From NCBI GenBank assembly GCA_036172245.1, contig JAYWIR010000013.1, positions 2,356,001 through 2,420,000 on the forward strand: a stretch of 64,000 nucleotides of DNA. The letters are read 5' to 3'. The DNA comes from Raillietiella orientalis (taxonomy: Eukaryota). The position numbers were made by a program, and so were the translations under genes. Under the pieces are notes generated by a model, which did no database searches, was not told where the DNA came from, and worked only from the letters and a program-made list of their open reading frames with translations. How positions within the stretch are numbered: the first letter of the stretch is position 1; each line of letters starts with the position of its first letter. This document shows, piece by piece, positions 47,301 through 59,940 of the stretch.

Positions 47301-50300
47301 TATTGATCCGTTTCATGCACCGGAGCGGATTAACCTTCTCGCTCGCATGCCATTCGTCATCGTCACGGCTTTTCTTTCCTTTTTCTCCCAGGATCAGTCC
47401 TGAACGCTTCCGCAGATTACCACGCCTTGAGCTGAGGCGGTGACCTGCAGCGGGAAGTGGCCGCAGAGCAAGTGAAAAACGCAGTCGCCGATCCTGAAGA
47501 GAAGCCCACCGGAAACGACGGAGACCAGACCTGGGATCCAAAACCAGGACGGCGAGCGTATCGTTCCCACGTGGATCCGAAAAGAGGTGCGGCTGCGGCT
47601 GCCACGCGCAGACAACGAAAGCGGGCGCGGTGGCACACAAGCGACTCCGTTCACTTCCTCAGGGGTGCGTTTTCTTCCGCTCGCTCTTTTTCGCCTTTTC
47701 ACGTACACCTGTGGGGATAGATGCCCACCAGTCATGCGGCCGGATGCACGATAAGAAAATTCTGAATTCCCCTCGCGCCGGACAGGAGGGCGAGTCTCGG
47801 CGCAAGACCGCCGGCAGCAAACACGCAGCACAGATCGCCTTCGGCTGGCGCCTGCCACACGCCGCCGGGACGTTCCCATGCGCCCGCTGCTCGCCGCCGG
47901 ATTACGCAACAAAGGGGGACGGCGTTTCCAGGGCGAGCGCGAAACTTTGTTTCGCCGCGTCTCCTGGAAACGCCGCAGCCTTTCCGGTAGGCCCCTCCTC
48001 GAGTCCGGAGTAGCGGAAACCGGGCGCCCCCACCGCCCACCCACCCGTTTCCGCAAAAGAGTTCCGCGCTGCCGGCAGAACAAACAGGAAGCAAAACGGG
48101 ATCTTCATTTTTCACGCAAGAAAGCTTTCCGGCGAGGTACTCGAAGAACAGCGTGCTTCGAGGAAGGGGACGGGAAGAGCACACGAGGACAGCACGCTCG
48201 TCTCGTCTGTCTGCTTCGCGCTTTCTGTCTTCTCACACGCACGTGCGTTTCCTCGTCGGGGTTTCCAGCGAGCGCAAAGGGGAGAGGAAAAAGGGGGAAG
48301 GATGACTGACGCGTGCAAGAGTGCTGCTCTTATATCCAAAGGAGCTCACAACCGAGATGGAGTTTTCCGAGTTTACCGTTCGGAAAGAGAAGGAAGAATC
48401 CCAAACACGTGCCCTCCCCCCCCTCCCTCCATTTTTCTTCTTCCCCAAAAGTGACGCTTGAGAAAAATACAGGCGGTGACACGGTGGCGATGCAAGCGGC
48501 TCGGTGGGAGCACGCGGAAATGCAGGGGGAAAAGAGGCGTCGGCGCTGGCGGACAGCAGCGCGAGGTGCGCATGCGCGTGCCACCTCGGAGCAACAAGGC
48601 AGGCAGAAGGTGCACGTTGCTGCAACGGAAAAGACATATTGCCGTCTCGTCCTCTGCGGGGGCGCGTTGCGTGGTTCGCTCCTCCCGCGCCGGAACGGAG
48701 GCTTTCCTAACGCGAAGAGGGTGACCGCGGCTATCTGCCCCGAAAGACAAACAACCAGCGAAGAAACCGAAAACGCGCGCCGCTCGGAAACATGAGGCGC
48801 CCGCACAGACTGCGCTGTGGTTTCAGAGACTCCCCGCCATCTAAGCATGCCGCAAATGTCCGCGAGTCCAGAAGCGGGAAGAGAGGACCTCGGTCCTTCC
48901 GTTTGGAGTGTCCACTTCAGTCGAGAGGTGCGTTTGGGACTCCGGCCGCCAGTGCACAGGCAAGGAAGGCGCCACGGGGAAAACCGACACGAGGCTGGCT
49001 GCTCCGAGACGCAAGCATGCGGAATGCATCGTCCACGCACTTCCCTCGTGGCCTCTTGAGAGTCAAGACGGCACCTCGTCTGGTGTCGTCTTGATGAACG
49101 CACAAACCCCTTACCAAGGCGGAAACCCTCGTGGTGCTTTGTTTTACTGCCGTCGCCATGCCTGCCGAGAAACGGAGGACTGAGGGTGGCGGTTGTGGTG
49201 CTGGTGGCGGTGCGTACGGAACCTTGATCCGGAAAACCGCACGATCCCCGAGGGGCAACCGCCTGAAGGTCTCGCACGCTTCCTCCGCCGGGATGTGACG
49301 TGTTCCCTCTACCTCTATCCCAAAGGGCGGTCGCCTAATGAGATGGGGCTGGCTTGCACCCTGAAGCTTCCCCCCACCTACTGCACGCACCTACGAGGGT
49401 GGCCCCACTGATCGACGGGATTCCTCGGTTCGCGACCGAAGAGGGAGGCGACGGGGTGAGGGTTCCAGGAAAACCCGCGGGAGACCGAAGAGGAGCAAAC
49501 GCCCTGTTCGCGCGTGCATGCGCAACTCCAGAGTCGCTCCTCAAGGAAGCGATCACCCACCTCCGGGGAGGATCGTGGACGTTCGTTATTGAGGTAGATC
49601 TGTTACTGCGAGTCCGTGAGGACGACAGGGAACGCCGCCGCGCCTCGATACGCGAGAGCCTACGGGAGGGCATAGATGGATATCGAGGCAACACAAGGCG
49701 CGGACGGGGAGAGAATGAAAAAAGGGGCCGGGGCTGGTGGCAGCCTCCAGGCGCGCACGTAACGCGATGGTCAAGGAGCCATCAAGACTTGACCACGCCT
49801 TGGTTGCCCGGCTGGCGGCATGATCCGGAGCGCTGCGTCTCTCTCCACGTCCATGGTGGCAACTCGGGAAGTAACGCTTCCGGTCTCCTGGAAAAAGTGG
49901 CTGGAAGGCCATTTTTTCTCCAGCAGTAGGAGCCTCGTCGGGCAGATTCCTCGCAAGGAGTTGAGTCCGGGGGCATCTCGAGTCATGTGACCTATGTTCG
50001 TCCCTCGTTACTCCACGTCCAGCACCACCTCCTACCGTCACCGGGGACGGAGCGCTCCTTTTGCTGCGGTGGTGCCGCTTGACCGGAAGCTCATCATCGC
50101 GGAGGCGGCGGACGTTCCCAGTGTCCGTGCGTCGCTTGCGATAGCTGCACGCGGCGCCCCTGCGAGTTGCGCGCGGGCGGGGCTACCGCTCCGCCTGCAA
50201 CCCTCGGTCCTCCGTTCCGCTTCCTTTTTGAATCGTCGGAGGACGCAAGAAAGGCGGAATCCGCGTGCCAGGAGCTTCTGCCATCCCCATGGGATTCCAC

Positions 50301-53300
50301 GAAAGGGAGTGCAACGGTGCGAGCGGGAGGAGGGCAAACGTGCTTTGCTTATCCTTTCCCCTTCCTGCACTCCTCCTTTCCGCTCGAGCTGAATCTTCCT
50401 CTAGGAGTCAGGTTCCCTCACGGAGGGGAACAGAGACTGACGCCACCGTTTGCCATCCCAACCTCACGTATCGGAGCCACCGGCTCGCTCCCGCGCGGCG
50501 GCAGGGGTTGCATACGAACGAGCGGAGATTGAGAAACGCCTTCATTCTTCGGGAGGGGTGGGGAACTTTTCTATGCGCGCGCATACGCACGCAAAGGTGC
50601 CTATCCGTGCGCCGTGCTGGTGGAGGCAGTGCAAGCAAAAACCGCGGCCGCTCCGAAGTGGGGCGCGGCAGACTCGTCGCCAGCGTGCGCCTTCGTGTCG
50701 ACTCGATTCTCCCAAGCATTCCTGCCTGGCAAAGGAAGAGTTGCGGAGTAAGCGGGGAGGGGGTCGCACGACGGAGGCTGGGGATGAACCTTCTCCCTCC
50801 CCCACGACTCGGCAGACGTGCGCGCGCCCGGGACCCTCAGCGAAAGAAGCGCTGCTGTTGCGCCTCGTGAGACGCCGAGAAATGGCGCGCGAGCAGAGAC
50901 AGAGCGCAGCGTGTTGCTGTCGGCGCCAAGACGAGAAGGGTGGGCGGCTTGTCCAGCGGGTCACCTAGAGCGAAAAGGGAAGGGGAGTGAAAAACGTTCC
51001 TACCCCTCCGCGAGCGCCCACGCACGAACGCGATCAGGGGCAAAGAGCCTCTCACCCCGGTCTCCGAAGGGAACGCTTAGAGGGGACCGGTTTCTCCCGG
51101 TCGCAGCTTGGCCAGCGCCGTCCGCAGGGGCACCGAAAAGCCTTTCAGTCTCACCTCCATTCCGCTTCCACGGCGAAGATTCATTCCTTTCTCCCGAAAC
51201 GCCTCCTCCTTTCCTCCCCCCTGTGGACAAGGAGGAAAGGACGGGCAGTAGGGGGAGAGAAAGAGAGTCCTACAGCACGCACCCGCCCTTCTTTCTCCCC
51301 GCGGTTCAAGTGTCTGTGAGCGACCGGCCAAAATGGCAACAGTCGCCAGCCACACACCACTGCCTCCGCCGCCTCCGTCGCCCTCACCACCACTACCACC
51401 ACCACCTGCACCACACCGGACCCACCTTTTTCCTTGGAGAACGCAGGACGACACTTGGCGTGCAGCGGTTTGGCACAGTTCGCATGGAAAGAGTTCCGGT
51501 TGCCCTCCTCCGCGATCCTGCTTTGGAGAGGCGGTTGCCGCTCGGGAGAGCGGACAGTCCGAAAGTCCCGTTGCAGATCAAACGCTCCGAGAAGTTTCCC
51601 GCAGGTCCCGTCTTCCGGAAGCGTCCCGCGGGAGGATCGATCGAACGAAGAAGCGCCGCCGCCGGGAGGGAGACCAAGGAGAGATTCCAGGACACCGTCC
51701 ATGCTGGTCGAGGACAACCGCTCGGGGTCCCTGGACTTCCCTCTTTCTCCGGCCGGCGGGAGGGGGCGGCGGCGGCAGTTCAGCGCGTCGTCTCTCGAGG
51801 GCTTGAACGTTTCAAACGTGATGGGTCTGAGGTCGTCGTCATCGGCTCGGTAGCGAGCAGGGGATGGAGCAGCGGTCGGGGACCGGCGGGACGCAGGACC
51901 GCGCGGATTCGTTTCTGGAAAACACTGGTGGGGTTTGAACGTCTGGAAGTGGGTGACGTTGTAGGGCGTGACTTCCTCGAGGAAGGAGTCTTTCGGCGAG
52001 TGCCCTGAGGTCATGCATATTTCTGGAATCAAACAGAAACGTTGAGGGGGACGAGTCCGCGAAACATCGGTGGGATCAGCACGACACAATACCAACAACA
52101 CCAACACAGAGCACAAGTGTGAAAGAGAGAAAACAAAGCAAAAAGCGATCGTGTTAAAAACTGCTGAACGTGGAAGAAGCAATTCGTTAAAGCAGCTGGG
52201 CGAAGGACGGAGGGGGGCTGCGCTGCGCAGTTTGTTAGGGCCAGGCGCACACCGTCGAGGTGCTCCGGTGCACGCCAAGAGAACGGTTAGTGCGCGCTAG
52301 GGACACGTACAGAAGCGGTCAGGGTGCACTGCTGAGGTTGCGCCTGCTTACCTTTCTTCGGCTGCAGACATAAGCGTTTAGCGACATCTAGGTGCAAAGA
52401 AAGAGAGAGAGAGAATGGCCGTAACGAGATATTTTGATTTGGTTGATATCTGGTAGCGGCACTGGCACGTGAGTGAGAACCCAGGTGAGAAGTCTTCACC
52501 TTCTCCCGGTGCCTACGCGGATTCCACGACTCGATCCGGAGGAATCATCCGTCGTTTTCCCCTTTTCCTGAACTGGAGCAAGAAACGCGGATACGAGCCA
52601 AAGTCCGGCTTGGAGAACAGCAGCAGCGCTAGAAGATGAAGAAGGGAAGGGCGCACGAGACGATGCGTCTTAGAGCTGGTGGCCAAACGCAGGAGCGAAC
52701 GCGCGGTCAGCCGCTTCTGCTGATCCACTCGGCAATTGGGGCAGATTTCGAGAGCTGCATCCGCCGGGATGCAACAGGTTCCCTATTCCTCTACCCCAGG
52801 AGACTCTCGCCAGATGCAGCGCGCAGGGGGGGGGGGGGGGGAGAGATCTGGGGAGCGCAGTTCCTCTTCCTGCACGCACTCGAGGGGACAGCCGCACAGC
52901 TGCGTTCGACTGGACTTTGAGGATTGTCAGCGAAGAGAGACAACAAAAATCGCAGGGAATCAGAATTCTCGCTACTTTCCCTGAAATCCCCACCGAAACC
53001 TATGGGACTTCCCCCGGACCAACGTACTTGCGAAGATCGAAGGGGGGGGAGAGAAGGAATGGAAGGTGGGGGGACTCGACCCGAGGACCTACCCCACTTA
53101 GAACGCCAGCACACCAACAGAAGAAGAAACTCGCGTGCCATCTGCACGATAGCCCTTGGCTTCGTTGGAGCCGGCGAACGTTCCTCCGGAAGGGGAGCGC
53201 GGCAGGCAGAGCCTTTACCAGGACACTCACGGAGGTTCGGGCGCGAACGCGTTTGCCTACCTGCTCTTTCCCTCCTTTTTTCCCACCTACCCTTTTTTTC

Positions 53301-56300
53301 GCTTCTTCCCTCTCAACACTTTTCCCGTCTCCGTCGTGAAGTGCGCAGCAGCGCAGAAACCGCGAACCGATCGGACGCGCTCGCAAAAGCGTTCCTCCCA
53401 ACAATGGACCCGCGGACGCACGGGAAAGTCCATCTTCGCACGCCGCGTGGGAGGCAGGAAGGTGCAAAAACTGCCAAAGAAAGCAACACACACAGTCCCA
53501 TGCGGGGGGGGGGGGCAAGGGAGGAGGTAGAAGCGGGGAACGAAATAAATGCACAAAATGTAAAACGAAAAAGTTTATTGCATTAAAGGAAAAACTGGAA
53601 ATCCTAAAACGGAAAAAAAAAAAAAACGTGACTAAAAAGAGTGAGAAAGACAGAGAGAGAAAAAACAAAAAACATGCAAGCTTCTTGCGAATAAATAATT
53701 TTTATCTCTCCGAGGTGGGGGTGAAAGGATATCGGAAACAGGGTTCCCGGGCAAAAATTAAAAAAAAAAAAAGCATTGGATGGTCCAAAAGAGATTAGAT
53801 ATAAGCCTCCTTTCCTTGGTTGGTCACAATCGGTGGGAAAGGCACTGCAAAACAACGCAAAATATAGGAAGACAAGAAGGGCATGCATTGGCAGTGGAAC
53901 AGACACAAATGGTGCACGCAACTTACCGTTCCATGCGGGCTCGTCGGGCCGGCACTGGACACCACCACCCTCACTACTGCCACCACCACTGCCACTCTTT
54001 CCAGGTTCGCGCGTCCGTGGTTCTGGAGGCGTTTTGTCGGGGGAAACGTTTCGCCTAGTCACTTCCTTCTCTTTGGGTTCCCTGGATTCCCGGAGGGGCC
54101 TCGTACCGACGAACGAGCTCTCTATCCACACGTTCTTTGCCTTCCTCTTGCACTGCTCGCCGGCTTCCCACCTGCTCTGGGGCAGCATCAGGGGGCACAG
54201 CCGGCCGGAGGGCGCGCGCGAGGCCGAGTTGCAGGGAAGGGCCGCGTCATCTGGCCCTTGCGGCGGGCTGGCGGCGACCTGCCTCGTGCCCTTGCGGCTT
54301 TCGGGCGCGCCCTCGTTGCAGTAGTGAACGATGGCACTGGTCATTTCTTTGATGGAGTCCTCCACTCCGGAAGGTTGGGCGCCGGCGAACTTCCTGCCCG
54401 CCGCTGCCTCGTCTTTGGGGGAAACGGGCTCTTGCGGACGGCTCAGAGGAGCGGCGTCCTGGAAGAGGATCTCCTGCGACCTCCACCCCAGGTAGGGCTG
54501 GGACTTGGTGATGAAGAAAGGGAAGCGTGTCTTCCCGTCTTGGGAGAACTTGCTCAGCGTCGTCATCCGCGAGGAGAAGCTGCCGCGTCGCTCCGAGGAA
54601 AATGAGCCGCTGCTGGGGGAGGAAGGAAGGCTCTCCCTGGGGGCCGGGGGAGAGGACGCGGGTGTGTGGGGGCGCTGCTGTTGCTGCTCCTCCGCCCTCT
54701 GCCGGAAGCCGGCCAGGGGCCTGCCCTTCGCAGGCGCGCCCGCGCTATGCACAGCGGACAGTGAGCCCCTGGAACCGAAGCCCTCCCAGCGCTTCCTGGG
54801 CGCCGCCGACTCGTCCTCCACCCGGGAGTTCAGGATGAACCCCGCCTTCCTGATCCGGTGCTGGTCGACCGCCGCCTTGTACCACTGCGGCAGATCCAGG
54901 TTCTGCAGCGACCTCTGGATGCGGATCTCGTACTCGGACAGCTGCCTCTCGTGCTTCATCTTCAGCTCGTTCTCAGGAGGCTGGAAAGGAAAGGCAGGCG
55001 TCCACGCGTCCCGTCGGAGCTCCAGCGGGAGCGCAGGGAGGGGAGGTCGGAAGTAGGGGAAAGCTCTCCATCCCTGCTACGCGGCAGACGGTCCACTAGG
55101 ACCAACGCTTTCCCCGGCTGCACACAACGGGGAGGGAAACTTAACCGGGAAGTTTTCCCACCTGGGACGGAACCGGAGGAGAAACCCGACACTCCGGAAA
55201 CGGCGAGCCCGCAGAGACTTCCGCTCGACGGTCGAGCGTATCTGGCCGGGGGCAGGCAGGGGCAGGAGGAGAAGGAAGTGGCTTCCCAGCTGGAGAAAGG
55301 ATGCCGATTTTTGAAAAAGCAGCCCAAGAAGCCGGCGACTGCCGTGGACATGCGATGAGAGTGGGGGAAAAAACAAAAAGCGCTGCAGATGAGAGCGATT
55401 GGACGAGAAGCCTCGCCCACCCCTCGGGATGTCCGGCGCCACGCTGCAAGCGGGCAAGACCACGCCTCAGACGCCTCTCTGCCCCCTACCCCCCCCCCCT
55501 CCCGGCCCCATCAAAGAGAGTTTTTCCCGTCCTCTTGCTCCTTCCTCGATCCCTGTGCGTGGCGGTCGGGTGCTCTCGACCCTAACGGGCAACCGTGAAT
55601 CTCCCAACCCACAGCGCTGCAACTTCCTCCCGGAGAGAACGACTGAGGGGGAGCGGCCCGATCCGCGCGCCAGCGGCCGATAACATCACCCGAGTGCGTC
55701 CTCGAGCGGAGTGCGCATGCGTAGAGCATTCCACCGGCCCTCGGATGCGAAACGCGCGAAGGAATGCCGCGCTCCTTTCGGCTCCTCGAATGCGCCTACG
55801 CGCCGCAGTCGTTCGTTTCTCTTCAGAGCGCTCTTCCGAGGAAGAGCACAGCAGCCGAAAGATCGAGGGTCGTTACGGCGCTGAAGGTCTCAGCAGTCGG
55901 CTGCATACATGGAAATCCTCGCCCCGACCCGAACAACGGGCGGGGTAAATGCGGCTCGTCCGGAGCCCGCAAAAGGCTGCGGGCGCAGCGGAATACGAAG
56001 CGGATACACGGGGAGGGAGAGGGCTGGATGCTGCGAAGCGACCCACGCACTCGGGCACGCAGTTAGAGGGGGGCGCTCTTTCCGAGAAGCGCGCTGCTTC
56101 CAGCACCGCCTGCAAATGCGATGCAACCCTGCAGCCCGTGCGCGCGTGCACGCATCCGTTGCCACGGTGTTTGCCGTTGGACGTTCTGGCGGAGCCTTCG
56201 GGCGCGTTCCGAGCGCGTGCGTTACCGGAGGCATCCCGAGCACGTGGCCACGCATGCAAGTGCGGAAGGCTGAACCATGGCAACGGGGCCGTCTCTTCTC

Positions 56301-59300
56301 GCCGTTCGAAAGGTTTTTCCCATGGTGCGCGTAAGTTCCGGCGGTTGGTGGGATCCGACGTGCGTTGCCGTGGCAAAGCGTCGCGCTTGCTCACCCAACA
56401 GTGGACGCTCCCCCCCCCCTCCTCCTCCCGCGAGGCCATTGTTTGAACGGACCAATTAAAATCCGCCGTGTGCGACGGAATCGATATTCGAAATGTTCAA
56501 GCGGTCATTTTCCAGTTGGAAACGTTCAGCCGATGAGGCGAAGGAAAAATCCGGGAGCGATTTACGTGCTCCTCCGCAGAGAACGGATCTCCCCGCGTGG
56601 GATGCTGCTGCCGTCAGAGGGGAAACGGCTCGCGTTTCCCATGTGTTCCCAGCCTGGCGCCATGCTCCTGCCGCGCACCCCGGACCGACACGCCGAAGCG
56701 GCGGCGGCGGCACATCGATCCATTGGAGCCCGGCGATCGGAAAAGCGCGCACGGTCGGCATCCGGTACCTACCGGCTTCGTGGCCAGCAACCTGCGGGTC
56801 AGGGGGCCGGGCTGCAGCTGATGGGGACTTTGGAGGCTGGTGGAAGGCTCCTGGCCAGAGGAGGAGAGAGCACACGGGAGAGCCGGATCGGTTTCGACAC
56901 CGGGGTCAAGACGTTCGCTCCGCAACGCGTGCCACGCAGAAAGGAAGCGAGCAGCAGGCGGGGCACATGCGGCATCCCCCCGCCGTGTCGTAACGCTCGC
57001 CGCGTGTTTTCCTTTTCCCCTCTCTCTCTTCTTTATCGGAACACGTCCACCAGCTGCCGCCTCGTGCGCCCAACTCCTAATGAGGTGAGCAAGTGCAACT
57101 TTCTCTTGCCGGCGTTTTCTTTTTCCTTCTGCCCTTTTTTTTTTTTTTTTTCCTTTTCGATTCTTCCACCGCTCCTGCTCATGCACACACATCGCCGCCA
57201 TGTTTTTCCACCCAGCCCTGGAAGCGATTCCCGACCGAGTGGCACGCGGGAGGGAGGATAGAGTTGCGGAGAACCCCGAACCGCAGGGAGACGAGAGTAT
57301 GCATCCTCCTCCACGTTTCTGACAGAGAGGGGATGCTGCGATCCATCGATCCGGTTGAATACGCGGCGAGAGGACTTGAGGGAGGGAGCGGGGGGGGGGG
57401 GGGGCAGAAGGAAAGGAAACCCTTGGCAGCACGCCATACGGAGACGCCCCGCATGCGCGCGGTAGGAGGAGCGCTTCGCCGTTTCCCTTCCAAAGGAATT
57501 TCCGGGTCTTCCCTCCCCCTTTTCTCTTTTCTCACTCGGCAGGAGCAGAAAGGGGAATAAGCGGTGCTTTTCCTTCCCGCATTGCACCCTCGCGCGCGCG
57601 CGACCGTGCTTGGCGGCGGCCGTCGCCACGCCGGGGACTAGGGCAGGGGGAGGGAAAGTCACCCCTAGCAGCGCGGGGGAAAAGGCAAAAAAGGGGTGCG
57701 GGTGGGGGGCGCGGAGCGACGTAGGCGCTTACCTGCGCAGCCATCTTGTTGCTCTCGTCCATCAGGAACTCCACGGACTTGGACCTGGGATTGGCGACGT
57801 GGTCGTCCAGCCTCATCCCTTTGCCGGGAGCGTAGAGGTGGAGGAGGCTGCCGCTCTGGTCGTAGCATGCCTGCGCCATAGGGCGCCCGGGACCTTGCGC
57901 AACCTCCTGCGCGTCCCAAGCGTCCAGATCCGTCTCCAGGACGGTTCTGCCCGCGGGCGAAGGGTGGGGCTCGGTGCTCATCGATCTCGGAGCTTCCGGG
58001 CGGCGGCGGTGGTGGCTGGGGCCGTCGCCGGACGACGGCGGTTGCTTCGCCTGCTGCGCCGGGGCTCTCCCGTCCGTCGAGTTTTGTTCCTCGCGCGGGC
58101 GATCGATGCCCGGGGACATGCGCCCTGCCTCGGCGGGCGAAGGCGGCGGGCCGCCCTCCCTCTCGGGAGCGGCGCTCTCGCGCTCGTCCGGAAGGGCGTC
58201 CTTGGCTTTCGGCGCGGGCGCCCTGGTTCCCTGCTTGGCGGGCGGGTGTGGCAGGGGGGGCTTGCAGGTGACCTTCTCGCGGGACTCCTCCTGGTCGCAG
58301 CGCCCTCGGACCTCGGCGCCCAGGGCGTCCTTCGCGCCCGCTTCCGTCCGCGGCTTCGACAGTCGCATCTTCTTCATGAGGGATCTCCTGATCTTGGAGA
58401 GCGCACCGGACGGCTTGAAGGGGTCGGCGAATCCCGCGTGCTCGCGGGGGGTCTTTGGAGGGGAGCGGGGAAACTCTTCCTCCCGCTCCGGGCCCGCGCT
58501 CCAGGGCGGCCGGCCGCTGCAGCCCCGGGGGCTGGCAGGAGCAACCGCACGGGACCACGCACTCATCTCTTCTTCGCTGCAGCGGCCGCAGCCCGCGTCC
58601 GTCTTCCCGGCCGAGTTCCCGGGAATGCGGTGCGCCGCGCGGGAACGTGGGCTCTCTGCGAGAAAGCCGCCGCCGCCGCCGCTCCTTCTATCTTTAGACG
58701 TCGTCGGCGTCGCCGGCAGGATGCCATCAACGTCACTTCCTGCGTCGTCGCCGGCTTCTTCTTGGCCCTGCTCTTCCGTTTGCGGCAGCGCTCGGGCCCC
58801 CTCGCCGGGGCTCATCACTGGGCACCACGCCGGCTCCTCGCGGGCGAGCGCGTCACGCACGCAGCCATTCGCCGCCGCGTCGCGGAAGGCACTGCTGCAG
58901 GGCCAGGAGCGTCCGTCCGGGAGGCGAGGCCGGCGCTGCGGGGCGTCGTGCGTCTGATTGGCGGCGCGGCTCAGGGCCTCGACTGGGGAGGGCGGCGGGA
59001 AGGGGCGCCCCGAGGGCCAAGAGTCGCCGCCGGCGACCCACCGCCCCGCGGCGGGCGGAGGCGGCAGCGGAGGCGGCGGCGGCGGCGGCGGGGAGCGCGG
59101 CGCGGCGGGAACCCTCACCGGGAACCAAGCCGGCTCGTCGCTGGTGCAGGAAAGGCGCGTCCAGTCGACGCTCGGGTCGCGGAATACGCCCTCGTATAAC
59201 CCGGAGGCGCCTCCGGGAGCGTCCGCTCTCCAACTGGTGGGCCACTCCTCCTCCTCGCAGGGGGCAGGCGGGCAGGAAGGAAGGTGCTCCTCGTCCAGGA

Positions 59301-59940
59301 AGCGCTGGGCGTCCTCGACAGACAGGGGCCTCCTCCTAAACGCCGGCGTGACCGCCTCCGTCCAAGCTGCCGAGGGCGGCGGCGCTCGCCCGGGGCGAGC
59401 GGCCCAGGGCGCGGGGAAACGTGCCTCCCCCGCTTCCTCGGACGGGCCCGCGTTGGGCCAGGGAGCGGGAGGAGCGTCAGGAGGCGCGCCCTCATCGTCT
59501 CGCCCCGAGGCGGCGACGCGCCGCCTCTTCCTCGGTACGTCCAGGCTGCGTTCGCTCCGCTCAGATTCGTCGCTCGAAGCCTCCGGGCACTCCTCCGCGG
59601 CGGCGGCGCCTGAAGCAGCAGTGCGGCATCAGCTCCACCCGCCCACCTGCGAGTGCGGCAGAGGGTCGCCGCCGGAAGGGGTAAGACGGGGGGGAGGGGG
59701 GAAAGGCGTTTTGTTGCTCGTCTCTCTGTTGCCCTGCCCCCTCCGCTCCCCCCCGCGGACGGGCAGCCGGAACTCACCTGATTCGGCCCCCCCCCTTCGA
59801 CCCTCCTCCGGGGAGGAGCCCCATCCCGCGCCGCTGCCCTCCTCCTCCTCAAGCACCGTCTCCAGCTGGGGCAGGCGGCCCATGTAGTGGCGCAGGGCCC
59901 GGGCGTTCCTCGCGAGCGGGCCGCCGCCGGGGGCGCTCAT
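42903..59940 (-). CDS. Apical junction molecule (AJM1/ajm-1)-like protein, 5 coding exons, about 1412 aa
   Basis: complement join(59778..59940,57733..59609,53927..54980,51426..52022,42903..43450) = 4239 nt, phase-consistent GT-AG introns. Motifs SKSVEFLMDESNKMAAQ|PPENEL...LSEYEIRIQRSLQNLDLPQWY, VWIESSFVGTRP and SMDGVLESLLGLP recall arthropod AJM-like proteins. The last exon LCECIYSHVR...MSEVALKGYVTEGRGYINLSF...LCETYEPTSKFILNI resembles the AJM1 C-terminal domain. The start codon and possible additional exons are uncertain. Confidence 0.75.
44351..44393. repeat. (CA)n microsatellite
   Basis: Near-perfect AC run with one interruption. Confidence 0.95.
45133..45154. repeat. (CG)11 microsatellite
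   Basis: Perfect alternating CG run. Confidence 0.9.
49150..49800 (+). mobile_element. Possible RTE 3' end relic in the last intron of the AJM1-like gene
   Basis: LREGIDGYRGNTRRGRG...WW resembles the RTE ORF2 C-terminal G.IEG.R.RGR.R..W motif. Confidence 0.3.
51426..52022 (-). CDS. AJM1-like exon 4
   Basis: Acceptor ttgattccag, donor gtgggt, phase 1-1. Contains SMDGVLESLLGLP. Confidence 0.7.
53927..54980 (-). CDS. AJM1-like exon 3
   Basis: Acceptor ctttcctttccag, donor gtaagt. Reads PPENELKMKHERQLSEYEIRIQRSLQNLDLPQWYK and contains VWIESSFVGTRP. Confidence 0.85.
57733..59609 (-). CDS. AJM1-like exon 2 (long, low-complexity, Pro-rich)
   Basis: Stop-free 1877-nt frame ending RSKSVEFLMDESNKMAAQ|gtaagc. 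The 5' boundary (gcttcag acceptor) is inferred from phase. Confidence 0.75.
59778..59940 (-). CDS. AJM1-like putative first coding exon (MSAPGGG...MGRLPQLETVLEEEE)
   Basis: Donor CAG|GTGAGT at 59777. Phase 1 fits the next exon. A 5'UTR acceptor gtttcag lies just upstream. Confidence 0.6.

Noticed and set aside
57610..59199. 529-aa plus-strand ORF
   Set aside because: Antisense shadow of the long AJM1-like exon 2.
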